Assembly: GCA_977017575.1 (NCBI GenBank)
Contig: CDRNVI010000063.1
Span: 186,001 to 250,000, forward strand
Direction: 5' to 3'
DNA length: 64,000 nt
Source of the DNA: Paramoeba atlantica
Taxonomy: Eukaryota > Protista > Discosea
Of the stretch, positions 52,745-63,031 are shown in pieces. The position numbers were made by a program, and so were the translations under genes. The notes under the pieces are model-generated. The model ran no database searches and was not told where the DNA came from. It saw only the letters and a list, made by a program, of their open reading frames with translations. How positions within the stretch are numbered: the first letter of the stretch is position 1; the number at the start of each line of letters is the position of its first letter.

Positions 52745-54547
52745 TTACCCTTCTAAAAGTGCGAACTGAAAATGAACCTGGGAGGCCAGCTTTTCTAAGC
52801 TGTCCCTTGCGGATTGTGGCGTGCAACCACGTGCTGCAATCCAACCCAATGCCGTGCTTCGATGGGGTGGTGGGTGAAGTTCCTGGCCCACAGACCAGTA
52901 CAGCTGATGTCCTACGTAACAAGGGTCATCGAGAACACTCGGTACCACCCATTGATCACGCAAAACTGCTGCCACCGAACATGGAGGGAAGTTTAAAGTA
53001 GCGACATATTGGTTCGCTGAGAGCGTATGCGGATATAAAGCTGGGGTGATAAAGTGAAACGTGTTTGTGTTGTCCGATGATTTGGAAGTTTCAGAGTCTC
53101 CTGCGTTCAAAAGGGGTGTAGTAGGGTGTTCAACGTGAACTGCACTGATAAATTTCACTGTGGGATGCGCGGTGACAGGAAGCGAACAGTTTCGTAAAAA
53201 CGTATTTTCCGCAAGCTTCCAGACATGTTCCTTAATCGGATATGCGGCTTTCGCACGAGCATGAATGGTAGGAGAAAGTCCGCACGCGATGCGACAATAT
53301 TGTACTGCCAGATCAATTCCTGTGACAGCTAAATTCAGCGCGTGCGTTTCCGCAGCACCGAGTCTGAGGTTGACTTCTACAACGTATGCTTTATTTCTGC
53401 GCATGTCATATTTGGCTTCAAAATGCATAACAGTGTTTAATTGCGAGCCATGTATGGCAACAAACTTTCTTGTGAGACAAATGAGCTTCTCCAGCGCCTC
53501 GCTCGGTAGCGCACTTGGGGCTAGTCCTCCCGATTCCACAAAATATGGCGCACTATGCGGAGCGCAATTATCAGAAACCAAGGCATACTGTAAGTCTCCA
53601 TGGTGAATGACGCAGTCAATGTCCACTTCTGGGCCTTCTATGTATTCTTCAATTAGCACAGAGAGTGGTGTACCTAGTGCATTCCAGTGATCTCGTTCCT
53701 TCTCATTGAAAGCAGATTGTGTGTTTGACAAGCAGCGGATAGGAGTCGATGGCGATTGCTCAGTATTCACGCGTTCGGATTCGTCGCTCACGTTTTCTTC
53801 ATAAGGTAAAGTGGGTGGCGTTGGAATGTTTCCGCCATTTGATTTATTGAGAATACCCAATACGTTTTGAGCTGCACACTTGAGTTGTGCATAGTCTTCG
53901 CATTTTTGTACCAAAGCCCCACCAGCACCGGGATTGGGCTTTACAATTAAAGGAAATTGTATCAAGTGCGAGCAGTGCACTGCTCGCATTTTTGTTCCCG
54001 TTTCTATTTTAGACATTCGGTCTGCATCAGTGATTAGCCCGCCTTCATTGTCCGCCAATAAGCGAAGAATTCCTTCTAGTTCGCCCAACGTACGAATGCT
54101 ACGACTCCATGGGGCGCACAACCCTGTGTCGTGGCACCAATTTCTAAATCGAGCTTTGTCATGAGTGCAACGGATTACCTCGACAGGCGCAGGACACGAA
54201 ATTTTACCCAGAGCAGTTGCTAGCGCCGCGGCTGGATAAACCCCATACTCGTCGAAGGAGAGAACACCGTCAATAAGTGCTTCCGATGGGTAACTTCTTA
54301 CTTGTAACGACTCAATTTCCTGTTGCACATGTGCTATCATAGGCTCAACCTTCTGCGTGTCGGTAAGAATCCATTTCCACACGTAAGGAGTCGCCCAACT
54401 TACAACATGGGGGTGTACCATCACTATGCGAACTCCCGATTCGTACAGTGTGCGATAGGCGACGACTCGACTGTCACTACTCGTCCTGACAAACAAGACG
54501 CATTTCCCTTCCAGCTCTTGCCCCTTGATATTCGGTGATGACATCAC
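52745..54547 (-). CDS. ATP-grasp ligase, carnosine-synthase/L-amino-acid-ligase-like
   Basis: IDGVLSFDE, HDKARFR, FPLIVKP, LIEEYIEGPE, HFEAKY, VVEVNLRLG. Confidence 0.85.
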   Translation of the reverse strand: MMSSPNIKGQELEGKCVLFVRTSSDSRVVAYRTLYESGVRIVMVHPHVVSWATPYVWKWILTDTQKVEPMIAHVQQEIESLQVRSYPSEALIDGVLSFDEYGVYPAAALATALGKISCPAPVEVIRCTHDKARFRNWCHDTGLCAPWSRSIRTLGELEGILRLLADNEGGLITDADRMSKIETGTKMRAVHCSHLIQFPLIVKPNPGAGGALVQKCEDYAQLKCAAQNVLGILNKSNGGNIPTPPTLPYEENVSDESERVNTEQSPSTPIRCLSNTQSAFNEKERDHWNALGTPLSVLIEEYIEGPEVDIDCVIHHGDLQYALVSDNCAPHSAPYFVESGGLAPSALPSEALEKLICLTRKFVAIHGSQLNTVMHFEAKYDMRRNKAYVVEVNLRLGAAETHALNLAVTGIDLAVQYCRIACGLSPTIHARAKAAYPIKEHVWKLAENTFLRNCSLPVTAHPTVKFISAVHVEHPTTPLLNAGDSETSKSSDNTNTFHFITPALYPHTLSANQYVATLNFPPCSVAAVLRDQWVVPSVLDDPCYVGHQLYWSVGQELHPPPHRSTALGWIAARGCTPQSARDSLEKLASQVHFQFALLEG

Positions 54548-54934
54548 TCATTAAGGAACTTGATACATGAATTTTTCATCTCGCTTGTGCATGTGGTGCG
54601 CGGACGCCATTGTTAGGAAAATTAATTTGATGCAAATGTACGTATGGTTATAGGACGAGAAACACTAAATTATTACTCAGAAAAATCCATAAAAGGACTC
54701 TTGGTTATAGGGTGATATGAATAGGTTGATTCAAAAAAACGGTTGATGTACATGTACATACGAAAAGGTTGATGTACATGTACATGTACATGGAAGTTCT
54801 ATTTATCGGAACGTGTATGCTACAGCAATTCAAAGTGGGTGGATCAAAGTACCGTCTGAGAGCCATGTGAGAGAATCTGTAAAAATCCTTCCAACGTGTC
54901 GAAGAGCGGAAAATATCGTACAATTTAAATTGTA

Positions 54935-56230
54935 TCATTTCTGCCTATTTTTTCTTTTCGCTCGTTTCCGCTCTTTTCTGATGGCTTTTTTACTTTGATT
55001 CTTGCTCTTAGATTTTCCTCCCCTCATGGCACTTTTACATCCTGGTGTAGGTGTCGGGTATATACCTGCAAAAAGATTTATCACGCCCGGGTTAGCCATT
55101 CCTGGTGTTTGGCGTGCCGATGAGGGAGGCTTCGCAGAGACATGATATTTTGCACTAGAACCTTGAACTACGCTAGGAAACAAGCCCCGCGTAACAGGAT
55201 CAGCGATGTTGAGTATGCCCGGAATCCAGTGCACTTGTAAATGACAATTTTCTTCGAACAGTAAATTTTGCAGTTCCTTGATCCATATCCATTGTCGTTT
55301 TTCTACAAACTGTTCGCGCCTTCGATCCGCCCCTCGCAGTATTAAATCTGCATCTGGTAAGAGGCATTTCTCAAACTTGATTTGTTCCAGTGCACGAACA
55401 AGTCCTATAGCATCACTGAAAACATGCAAGGTCCGCAGTCCAGTAAACGTGGCCAGCGCATGTGTAATTCCATGTACGGCCGCCAAGAGCTCCTCGTCAT
55501 GGGTACCGCGCCTTATAAATTCCAAGCTGTACGCAGCACTTTCGATGGCAAAGCGTGTAGGCGCGAGGTGAACCAGTCCCCAGCCATGACGCGAGGCATC
55601 AATAAAAACCGCAGAGGAACTGACCGGTAGCGGCTCGATGGTATGTTTACGCCTTCGGCAGCTGGCTCGTACTACGTTCCATCCTTCCGTTCCAACACAA
55701 TAAAACAGATCCGTGACCATGTGACGAACCCAGTCCTCCATCTTCCACTGACTAAGAGTGATCAGCACCTTCTGACACATGCTTCGAGACTGCTCTACAA
55801 AGGATGGGTTGCCGCCGGGGTCTGGAGTATTCCGAGAAGCGCGGAAACGCCGTTTCGCTGCACGACTCTCCGCCCTATCTATCTGCCGGAAAACTGCTCT
55901 TCGTACTTGATCGATATGCGCCATTTTACGTATTTGCCGTGTCTCGCTTGAACCTATTTCCCTTTCTAGCTTAAATCGGCTCACTCTGACACCCAAATAC
56001 GGTATATTATTTTGCTCTTGAGCATTTTTTTGAGCGTTTTTCTTTTTGTTTCTTTTTTTCTTCTTAGTTGTGAGTAAAGCAGAGGTTCCGTGAAAACAAC
56101 AAAAACTAAAAGACTGTAACTTGTTTAGAATGGGTGTCGATAAATTTCCGCGCGTAAAGAACTTAGTAGAGGCAACTCCTGCACTCCTAACCATTAGTTT
56201 TCCGATCATCCCTATCATGGACATTCCCAC
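54935..56230 (-). CDS. Stand-alone retroelement-type RNase H protein with basic termini; start uncertain (56230 or 55924)
   Basis: FIDASRHGWG, EELLAA, VFSDA, HWIPGILNIADPVTR. Confidence 0.75.
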   Translation of the reverse strand: MGMSMIGMIGKLMVRSAGVASTKFFTRGNLSTPILNKLQSFSFCCFHGTSALLTTKKKKRNKKKNAQKNAQEQNNIPYLGVRVSRFKLEREIGSSETRQIRKMAHIDQVRRAVFRQIDRAESRAAKRRFRASRNTPDPGGNPSFVEQSRSMCQKVLITLSQWKMEDWVRHMVTDLFYCVGTEGWNVVRASCRRRKHTIEPLPVSSSAVFIDASRHGWGLVHLAPTRFAIESAAYSLEFIRRGTHDEELLAAVHGITHALATFTGLRTLHVFSDAIGLVRALEQIKFEKCLLPDADLILRGADRRREQFVEKRQWIWIKELQNLLFEENCHLQVHWIPGILNIADPVTRGLFPSVVQGSSAKYHVSAKPPSSARQTPGMANPGVINLFAGIYPTPTPGCKSAMRGGKSKSKNQSKKAIRKERKRAKRKNRQK

Positions 56231-56699
56231 TTGCTCGACAGCATCTCGAAATATTTACTTGTGTATTCAAGTCAAAACAAGAAAAGATAGAACGTGTAAT
56301 ATTAAAATTCGTACGTTAGACAAAATAAAATTGTAGCACACCCTTTAAAATTTGTATCAAGCGGATATCGGAATCTGCTGGACTATTACAAAGATACAAC
56401 GTATAGCCGCGCAACCTTTGCAAGTATGTATTCACGGAAACCTTAAAAGTACATAAACGCAGAAAAGATTACGTTGGCGTCAGTCAGACAAAGCTGCTGG
56501 TCAGTACTGTCCCAAGGTTCAATAGTGTTTGGGTACATTTAAAATACATTTTTTAATCGATACAAGCTTCATATAATGTTTGCAGAAATATTGAGTATTG
56601 TAGCATTAAAAGCGTAAAAACGTCAAGAATATACTACATTGTGTGGCATGTTATGTAATATAGTAGAGCAGATCGCCGGCGGTGGGGGTACATTTAATA

Positions 56700-57281
56700 T
56701 TAAGTTGTAGCACTAACTGTATCAAATAGTGCCGTTTGCTTTGATAAATTTCCGGGATGTTCCTTTTCCTCGGCTGTGGCTTTCTGCGCGTTTGCCTCAT
56801 TGGCCCGTACCAGATCTTCTGGACATCCCCCGTGGTCGTGTGCCATGCACGCCTCGACAACCCGACCTACACGGAAGTTGCCGCACTGCACACAGGCCTT
56901 CATTACCCAACTCCAGGTCTCACCATTCGACTTGATCTTGTTCCGGTGCTCCATTTCCTCAATGATGTCCAACATCGCACACACTTTACTTTCCCCGGGT
57001 GTTGCATCCTTTTGCTTCTTCTCGCACTCGTAGATTCTTTGAAGCGCGGTGTTGTACGTCGCTAGGTCGGGCGGAGTGTTTTGAAGATTCATTTGCACCA
57101 TTAGATCTCCAGCTTCGTCGTAATATTGCACTTTTTTAATTTTTTCCATCCAGGGTTGGGTGTTGGTGCTCACTTCATATCCAAACAGATCGTATTTCTT
57201 GGTCGAGGTGGCGCAGTGTCGGACAGCTGTAGGGACAACCAATGTACCAACACAGGACACCAAACGGTGAAGTCGGCGCAT
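56700..57281 (-). CDS. p18: Euglenozoan mitochondrial F1-ATPase subunit p18 (PPR)
   Basis: KKYDLFGYEV.TNT.PW.EKIKK..YYDEAG, PPDLATYN, EEMEHRN, GCPEDLVRANEANAQKA match the trypanosome p18 pattern as I recall it. Confidence 0.95.
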   Translation of the reverse strand: MRRLHRLVSCVGTLVVPTAVRHCATSTKKYDLFGYEVSTNTQPWMEKIKKVQYYDEAGDLMVQMNLQNTPPDLATYNTALQRIYECEKKQKDATPGESKVCAMLDIIEEMEHRNKIKSNGETWSWVMKACVQCGNFRVGRVVEACMAHDHGGCPEDLVRANEANAQKATAEEKEHPGNLSKQTALFDTVSATT

Positions 57282-57422
57282 CAATATGAAGCCAATATTA
57301 AACAAAAAATTGTTTAAGAAATGAACGATCTAAGGTGATCTTGCGATACTACATGAGATCACGCTAGATCATAAAAGATTCTTTAGAATTATGCTAGATG
57401 TTTCTATTTAAAAAGATTTTCT

Positions 57423-59021
57423 TCAGATTTGTGGAGAATTTTCTAATTGCCGGGACTGTCTTTTCCCCTGAACTACGTTCCGAATGAAGAGTTCTCCTGC
57501 CTTGTAGCTGGAACGCACCATGGGACCACTGGCAACATAGAGAAACCCCAAATTCTCGCCGTAAGACTTGTAGTGTTCAAATTCATCGGGGTGAACAAAA
57601 CGCTCGACTTTTTTGCGGCTGCGGTCAGGCTGCAGATATTGACCCAGGGTGAGGAAGTCTACCCCCACGTCTTTGAGATCCCGCATGGACTCTTCCACCT
57701 CGCGCATAGTCTCCCCGAGCCCCACCATGAGACTCGACTTTGTGAATAGCTTTGGGTTTACCGATTTCGCGTACCGCAGCACCTGTAAGGACTGGTCGTA
57801 CGACGCACGACGGTCCCTAATATAGGGAGTAATCCGCCTAACCACTTCCAAGTTGTGGGCATAAACATGCAAACCACTATGTGCGACTTTCTCAATGCTA
57901 CTCTGCTTCCCGCGGAAATCACCCACAAGACATTCAATGAGAAGATCCCGTGAGTCGTCACCCCCTGACACAACACCAGATTCCAATACCTTTTCGCTGT
58001 CCCCTTCGTGCGGCGTAATCTCATGTTCGGTGGAGTTACCCGGCTTCATAACCAAATCCTCCTTTTGTTGGTCACCACCTTCCCCTCTCCCCTCCCTCCT
58101 CCCCCGCAAAATCTCCCCAATCGTCCTCACCACATGCCCCGCCCCCCCATCCGGAAGATCATCCCGGTCCACCATCGTAAGCACGACGTAGGACAGGTTC
58201 AGCCCCCGCAGGGCGTCTCCAATCCGCCGCGGCTCCCCCTCCTCCAGCGGCCTCGGGTCGCGCCGGGTCTGGACGCTACAGAACCGGCACCCCCGGGTGC
58301 ACTCGTGGCCCATCATCATGACGGTGGCGGTGGCGACCCCGGAGTCCCCGCCCCCCCAGCACTCCCCGATGTTGGGGCACCGTGCCTCCTCGCACACCGT
58401 GGACAGGCGGTGGGCGCGCATCTGGGCCTTGAGGCGCAGGTAGTGGGGGTAGGCGCGGGGGCCCTTGGGGAGGGCGAGGCGCAGCCACGGGGGGAGGGGG
58501 GAGCGGCCGCGGGTGGTGGGGGAGGGAATGTTGATAGGGTAGGTCGTGGTGGGGAGGGAGGGGGAGGAGGAAGTAGAAACAGAACTGTTGTGGGGCGTAG
58601 AGATCGTCTCTATAGTCTGTGTGTTGTTGTTGCTGGGAGACATAGAGATGGTCTCTATATTCTGTGTGGTGTTGGTGTTGTTGGGAGGCGTAGAAATGGT
58701 CTCTATATTCTGTGTGGTGGTGTTGTTGTTGTTATTATTGTTGGGAGACGTAGAGATACTCCCCAGAATATCTTGTGTGTTGGTGTTGTTGGGAGGAGTA
58801 AACAGGTCAAAATCTTGAGGTCCGGGCTCGGAGGCGAGTCGGGTACGGAAGTTGGTGAGAAAGGTTTGTTGGGTGGGGGTGAGTTCGGGGTGGGTGGAAT
58901 AGGGATGTGTGGTGGGGGATGTGATAGGGGGAGGGAACGTATGGAGATGGTGGGTGGTGCGAGTCGGGGGGTTGAGCTTTGAGAAGGCTCGTAAAGAGGA
59001 TAGGAGTTGGGTAGAATGCAT
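57423..59021 (-). CDS. LIAS: Lipoyl synthase, mitochondrial
   Basis: CEEARCPNIGEC, CTRGCRFC, RSSY. Start moved to MHSTQLLSSLRAFS (presequence-like). Confidence 0.96.
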   Translation of the reverse strand: MHSTQLLSSLRAFSKLNPPTRTTHHLHTFPPPITSPTTHPYSTHPELTPTQQTFLTNFRTRLASEPGPQDFDLFTPPNNTNTQDILGSISTSPNNNNNNNTTTQNIETISTPPNNTNTTQNIETISMSPSNNNTQTIETISTPHNSSVSTSSSPSLPTTTYPINIPSPTTRGRSPLPPWLRLALPKGPRAYPHYLRLKAQMRAHRLSTVCEEARCPNIGECWGGGDSGVATATVMMMGHECTRGCRFCSVQTRRDPRPLEEGEPRRIGDALRGLNLSYVVLTMVDRDDLPDGGAGHVVRTIGEILRGRREGRGEGGDQQKEDLVMKPGNSTEHEITPHEGDSEKVLESGVVSGGDDSRDLLIECLVGDFRGKQSSIEKVAHSGLHVYAHNLEVVRRITPYIRDRRASYDQSLQVLRYAKSVNPKLFTKSSLMVGLGETMREVEESMRDLKDVGVDFLTLGQYLQPDRSRKKVERFVHPDEFEHYKSYGENLGFLYVASGPMVRSSYKAGELFIRNVVQGKRQSRQLENSPQI

Positions 59022-59410
59022 GGAGAGTACGGAGTAAAATATACAACTTGGTTGAAGTGTATGTTGATAAACACGTAAAGTGGAGTGTGGTTTAGGTGAC
59101 AAAAATGGCGTATGGTAAGGACCCCCTCTGACAGAGGTCCAACCATTTCTGGTATAATTCTTAAAGAGTTCAGTATACCATGTATTAGGGTATACAAACA
59201 CGAAATATAGAGTAGCACTTTTAGTGGTATAATCGGAATCGGATACGTACTAAGCAGTTAGTAAAAGTTACAGGTCTTTGTTTTGCTCCTACTAATTTCT
59301 GGTAATAATAAATAGTGTTTAAGTTTAGCATTCTGTGTCGAGTCAAAAGAAAGTAAAAAAAGCAATGGGAAAAGCAAATGGTTGCGCAACCTACCAAGAA
59401 GCTAGGCACG

Positions 59411-60643
59411 TTACAATTCGTAGAAAGATGTCTCAGCTCGCTCTTCATCCTTCTTTCGCTGTTCCTCTTCCATCTGTTCCTGTCTCTCCTTGCGACGTTG
59501 CTTTCTTTCTCTTTTTCTCTCACGTTTACGTTCAGCATCCTCCTCCTTGTCACGTATTTCCTCCAGTTCCTTCTCCTTTTCGATTGTTTTCCCCCAGGTT
59601 TCCGCAATGAACGCCTCTACTTCCTCAACACTGTCTGAGACGATAATGTTATCAAACACGGTTCCATTTTTAACGTTCCAGAGCTCAAACCCAACAGAGT
59701 TAAGTGGCTTTCGGCTCCAGTACAAATACGGATCCGGGTGGTATAAAGGATTATGCAGCTGCTGAGGCTGAAAAGGTTTGTAATTCGGATTTTTGATACG
59801 GCCGGGAAACCAGTGCCCCTTGGCATTTTTATTATCTATCAGGGGTGCAGTCCAGTTTCCATCCTCATCGTCATCCCAATCCTCCGGTTTATCCACGTCC
59901 GGGTCCGGTATCTTCTTCGGCTCCTTATCCCAGTCGTCCGGTTTCTTGTCATCCGGGTCCGTGACCCACTCCTCTCCCTCGTCGTAGTCATCCGGGAACT
60001 CATCAGTGGTGTCGTCCAGCGTGGGCTCAGGCAGTAGTTCCCAATCGCGCTCAATTTCTCCACCATCAAAGTATTCGTTATCCACCCGGACCTCATAGGT
60101 GTTATCCGGGCGAATAATCAACGTATACAGGTGGGTGAGTTTATCACGTTTGCATTTTGGCTCCTTCAGCCACGGCACATTCACCCCCTGGTAGTTCCAC
60201 ATAATTTGCACCTTCCACGGACCACAGATGTCGGGTCCAAACATGATAAAATAAGGCGTCTTCCCATCAAACTCCTCCTGGTCGATATCGGGCATCAGTT
60301 TAATGTATCCTCCCCCGCAGTCATGGTCCTGGTCATACTTTACGGTGTACGAAAGAACAAGGGTCTTATTTTTGTTGTCAAAAGGCTTTTTAAATTTCGC
60401 ACTGATAGCGTACTGGTGCTGATCCTCGGCGGTAATCATTCCGCGGTTAATGTTTTCATCTCCATAGGTGGTAGGGAGTCCGAGACGAAAGCGCCCATAG
60501 CTGGCATTCGCCCGGCTCTGTATCCATCGCTTCTCAAAGGGGTCTCCGAAAGGGGTCTCCTCGAAGGTCTCTTTGAAATAGATTTCGGCGCGCAAGGTGG
60601 GGCACAAAGGTGCCAGAAACCCTAGAAGGAATAAGAGAAGCAT
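59411..60643 (-). CDS. CALR: Calreticulin
   Basis: Signal peptide, IYFKETF, DCGGGYIKL, IMFGPDICG, P-domain repeats (DPDDKKPDDWD, KPEDWDDDEDGNW), GTVFDNIIV. Confidence 0.96.
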   Translation of the reverse strand: MLLLFLLGFLAPLCPTLRAEIYFKETFEETPFGDPFEKRWIQSRANASYGRFRLGLPTTYGDENINRGMITAEDQHQYAISAKFKKPFDNKNKTLVLSYTVKYDQDHDCGGGYIKLMPDIDQEEFDGKTPYFIMFGPDICGPWKVQIMWNYQGVNVPWLKEPKCKRDKLTHLYTLIIRPDNTYEVRVDNEYFDGGEIERDWELLPEPTLDDTTDEFPDDYDEGEEWVTDPDDKKPDDWDKEPKKIPDPDVDKPEDWDDDEDGNWTAPLIDNKNAKGHWFPGRIKNPNYKPFQPQQLHNPLYHPDPYLYWSRKPLNSVGFELWNVKNGTVFDNIIVSDSVEEVEAFIAETWGKTIEKEKELEEIRDKEEDAERKRERKRERKQRRKERQEQMEEEQRKKDEERAETSFYEL

Positions 60644-60770
60644 TTAAAAAGATAAAAATATTATGACCTAATTTGCTAACCAACTGTTTGCAAAACTTTT
60701 CGTAAAGGGTGGAAAAATTGAATTGTGCTTTGTATTGTAAGTCAGTGAGTAAATTGAAAAAAAAGACATA

Positions 60771-60894
60771 AAGAGGGGGCTCGTTTATTCAATTTTTTCG
60801 AGCATTTTTTGCTAACAATAATCGAATGTTAACAATCAATGAATTTATCGATTGTTAACAATAAACGAATGCTAACAATAAACGAGCCCCCCTT
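60771..60894. mobile_element. 124-bp TA-flanked MITE (family D)
   Basis: TA|AAGAGGGGGCTCGTTTATT ... AATAAACGAGCCCCCCTT|TA, with internal TAACAAT repeats. Confidence 0.75.
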
Positions 60895-61019
60895 TAGATT
60901 TTATACACAAGCATTAAGCGTTAAAACAAGTTTTAGTATACTCCCTCACACAACATTGGAACGCACAGATGTGCATTACAATCGCTTCCTAGTTCCCAGA
61001 GTTCACTCTCGCATTCTGC

Positions 61020-61685
61020 CTATTTGTCTCCAGAGAGTCTGCGCTGCATTTGGTCAGCTACGGTGCGAAGACTTTCTTGATCCCACTGACCCATGGGTTC
61101 CCAATACACTCCCAATCCTTCTATACGATTTGGCTTTGGAATAAGATGATAATGCACGTGGGGAACGGCTTGGTGAGCCATTGCTCCGTTGTTCTGTAAA
61201 ACATTATAGTCCTCAGAGGGTAAAAGCCCTCCAACACGACGAAGCATATGGGCAACAGCTTGAGCCGATTCCTCTGCAACTTCATGCATTTTAGTGTAGT
61301 GATTCTTAGGAATAACTAAAGCGTGTCCAACGGCCAAGGGATGAATATCCAGAAAGGCTAAAGCTAAGTCAGTCTCCATTATTTTAACACAAGGAAGCTC
61401 ACCCGAAATTATGCGACAAAAGGGGCAAGAGGGAACGCAAATTAGATTCGTGGATATAATATTGTTAAAATTAGATTGCTGTTGATTCCCACTTTTTGCA
61501 TTCTTGTTTACGGATTTTAGTTGCTTTTTTACTTTCTTGATATTCGATTTACTGGCCAATCGATTCGAGTAGCAATACATGGCGACTTGGGGAACAATAA
61601 AACATGTCCGCGTGCGCAACAAATTAGCAGCAGAACCCTTAATGCAATGAAATTGCCTTTTTTGAAATAACAGAGACAGAGACAT
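61020..61685 (-). CDS. HIT-family nucleotide hydrolase (HINT-like); start uncertain
   Basis: CPFCRII, AFLDIHP, GHALVIPK, HQAVPHVHYHLIP. First ATG at 61685, alternative at 61580. Confidence 0.92.
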   Translation of the reverse strand: MSLSLLFQKRQFHCIKGSAANLLRTRTCFIVPQVAMYCYSNRLASKSNIKKVKKQLKSVNKNAKSGNQQQSNFNNIISTNLICVPSCPFCRIISGELPCVKIMETDLALAFLDIHPLAVGHALVIPKNHYTKMHEVAEESAQAVAHMLRRVGGLLPSEDYNVLQNNGAMAHQAVPHVHYHLIPKPNRIEGLGVYWEPMGQWDQESLRTVADQMQRRLSGDK

Positions 61686-62194
61686 ACACAATTAGCTCAA
61701 CGAGTTCATCCCGTAGTTTCGTAGAGCGAGATCAAAATAAGATTCCAATAGAAATACAAAAACATGTTTGTGGCATAAAAAGGTGTACATTGGTGGAGGT
61801 GCCATTTTCTCGCAATCCTATGTTGAATACGATTAATTTTAAAAACTGAAACAAAATACACATAAGAAGTGTTTTTCTCCAAAAAAGGCTATACAAACAG
61901 GAAGCAAAAAACTTTATCCCCAAGAGGAAACAAATGGCTAGATCCCACTGTGATCGTTCGGGAGCTCACCCACACCCTATAACCTTTCCTTTAGATTTCT
62001 ACTTTCACGGCCTAGCTAGCAAGTGAATAAGAAAATGACGCATCTTTTATGAAGATAAAAGAAAGAATCCTTTTCGGCACATGCATTCCGACCCGTAGAA
62101 ACCGGTGTTCAGGTTAATGCAGGTTTATACAGTTTTAAAGATATGATCGCCATGACAATTTTACACGTTACATCCAAGCTCTATAATTTCTTGT

Positions 62195-62836
62195 TCAATA
62201 ATATCTGTACGTTATTCGTCCATCAGCCCAGTTCGTGACGTGCCTCTCTTTCATGTTGTTCCAACATTGAATTTTTGTCCCTGAGAAATCGTACGTCGTG
62301 TGCTCTGGAAGCTCGTGTTCCCCAAGTGTCCCAGTTAGCTCTTCATTTTCCTGAAGCCATAGTGCCGACAGAGTCGTAGGCACCACTTGAAAATACACAT
62401 TCTCAGAAAATTTATTTGACCGCAATCCCAAAACTTGGAGAGTAGAAGGAAGTCCTGAAAGATCGACCCTACCGCTCAGCTGATTGTGATTTACAAAAAA
62501 GTATTCCAATTGTGGCGGTAAGTTAATAAGATCTACTTCGCCCTCAAGACTGTTTGGTGAAACGCTGAAGAATGTCAATGTTCGAGGTAAATGTTGCCAT
62601 AACATGGAGCCATGTAGTTTTAACCAGTCCCAAGTAATGCGATCAACCATGGCTGCATCATTACAAGTAACACCACTCCACCTACACGCATTTGTTGCCG
62701 TTGTCCACGAGGAATGGGTGTTCTCAACATTTCGCACGAGGCGCTCCAATTCATATTCCTGGGAAAATATCATTCCGCGAACCTTGCCTGGCCGAGTACC
62801 TTGCGTCGAGGGATCGACGCACGTAGACGTGTTCAT
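62195..62836 (-). CDS. Short leucine-rich repeat protein
   Basis: ACRWSGVTC cap and LP-x-x-L LRR units. Confidence 0.85.
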   Translation of the reverse strand: MNTSTCVDPSTQGTRPGKVRGMIFSQEYELERLVRNVENTHSSWTTATNACRWSGVTCNDAAMVDRITWDWLKLHGSMLWQHLPRTLTFFSVSPNSLEGEVDLINLPPQLEYFFVNHNQLSGRVDLSGLPSTLQVLGLRSNKFSENVYFQVVPTTLSALWLQENEELTGTLGEHELPEHTTYDFSGTKIQCWNNMKERHVTNWADGRITYRYY

Positions 62837-63031
62837 ATAGTGTTGATGATATTGTATACTGCAATAAGGACTACTCTATACTTTTTGTATTGTTCTGCAA
62901 CGATTAAATGTTTGACTAGTATAACTACTCACACGTAAAGAGCTAAAACGGTATAAAATACCTACCTCTCGTTCCATAAAAAAAATCAGGGTTCGACCTA
63001 CAGTAACAGTAGGGCCAGCTGGCCAAAAATT

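Noticed and set aside
51909-59021. Apparent cluster of mitochondrial genes (J-like, RNase H, p18, LIAS)
   Set aside because: Two of the four localisations are only inferred, and kinetoplastid gene order is generally not functionally clustered.
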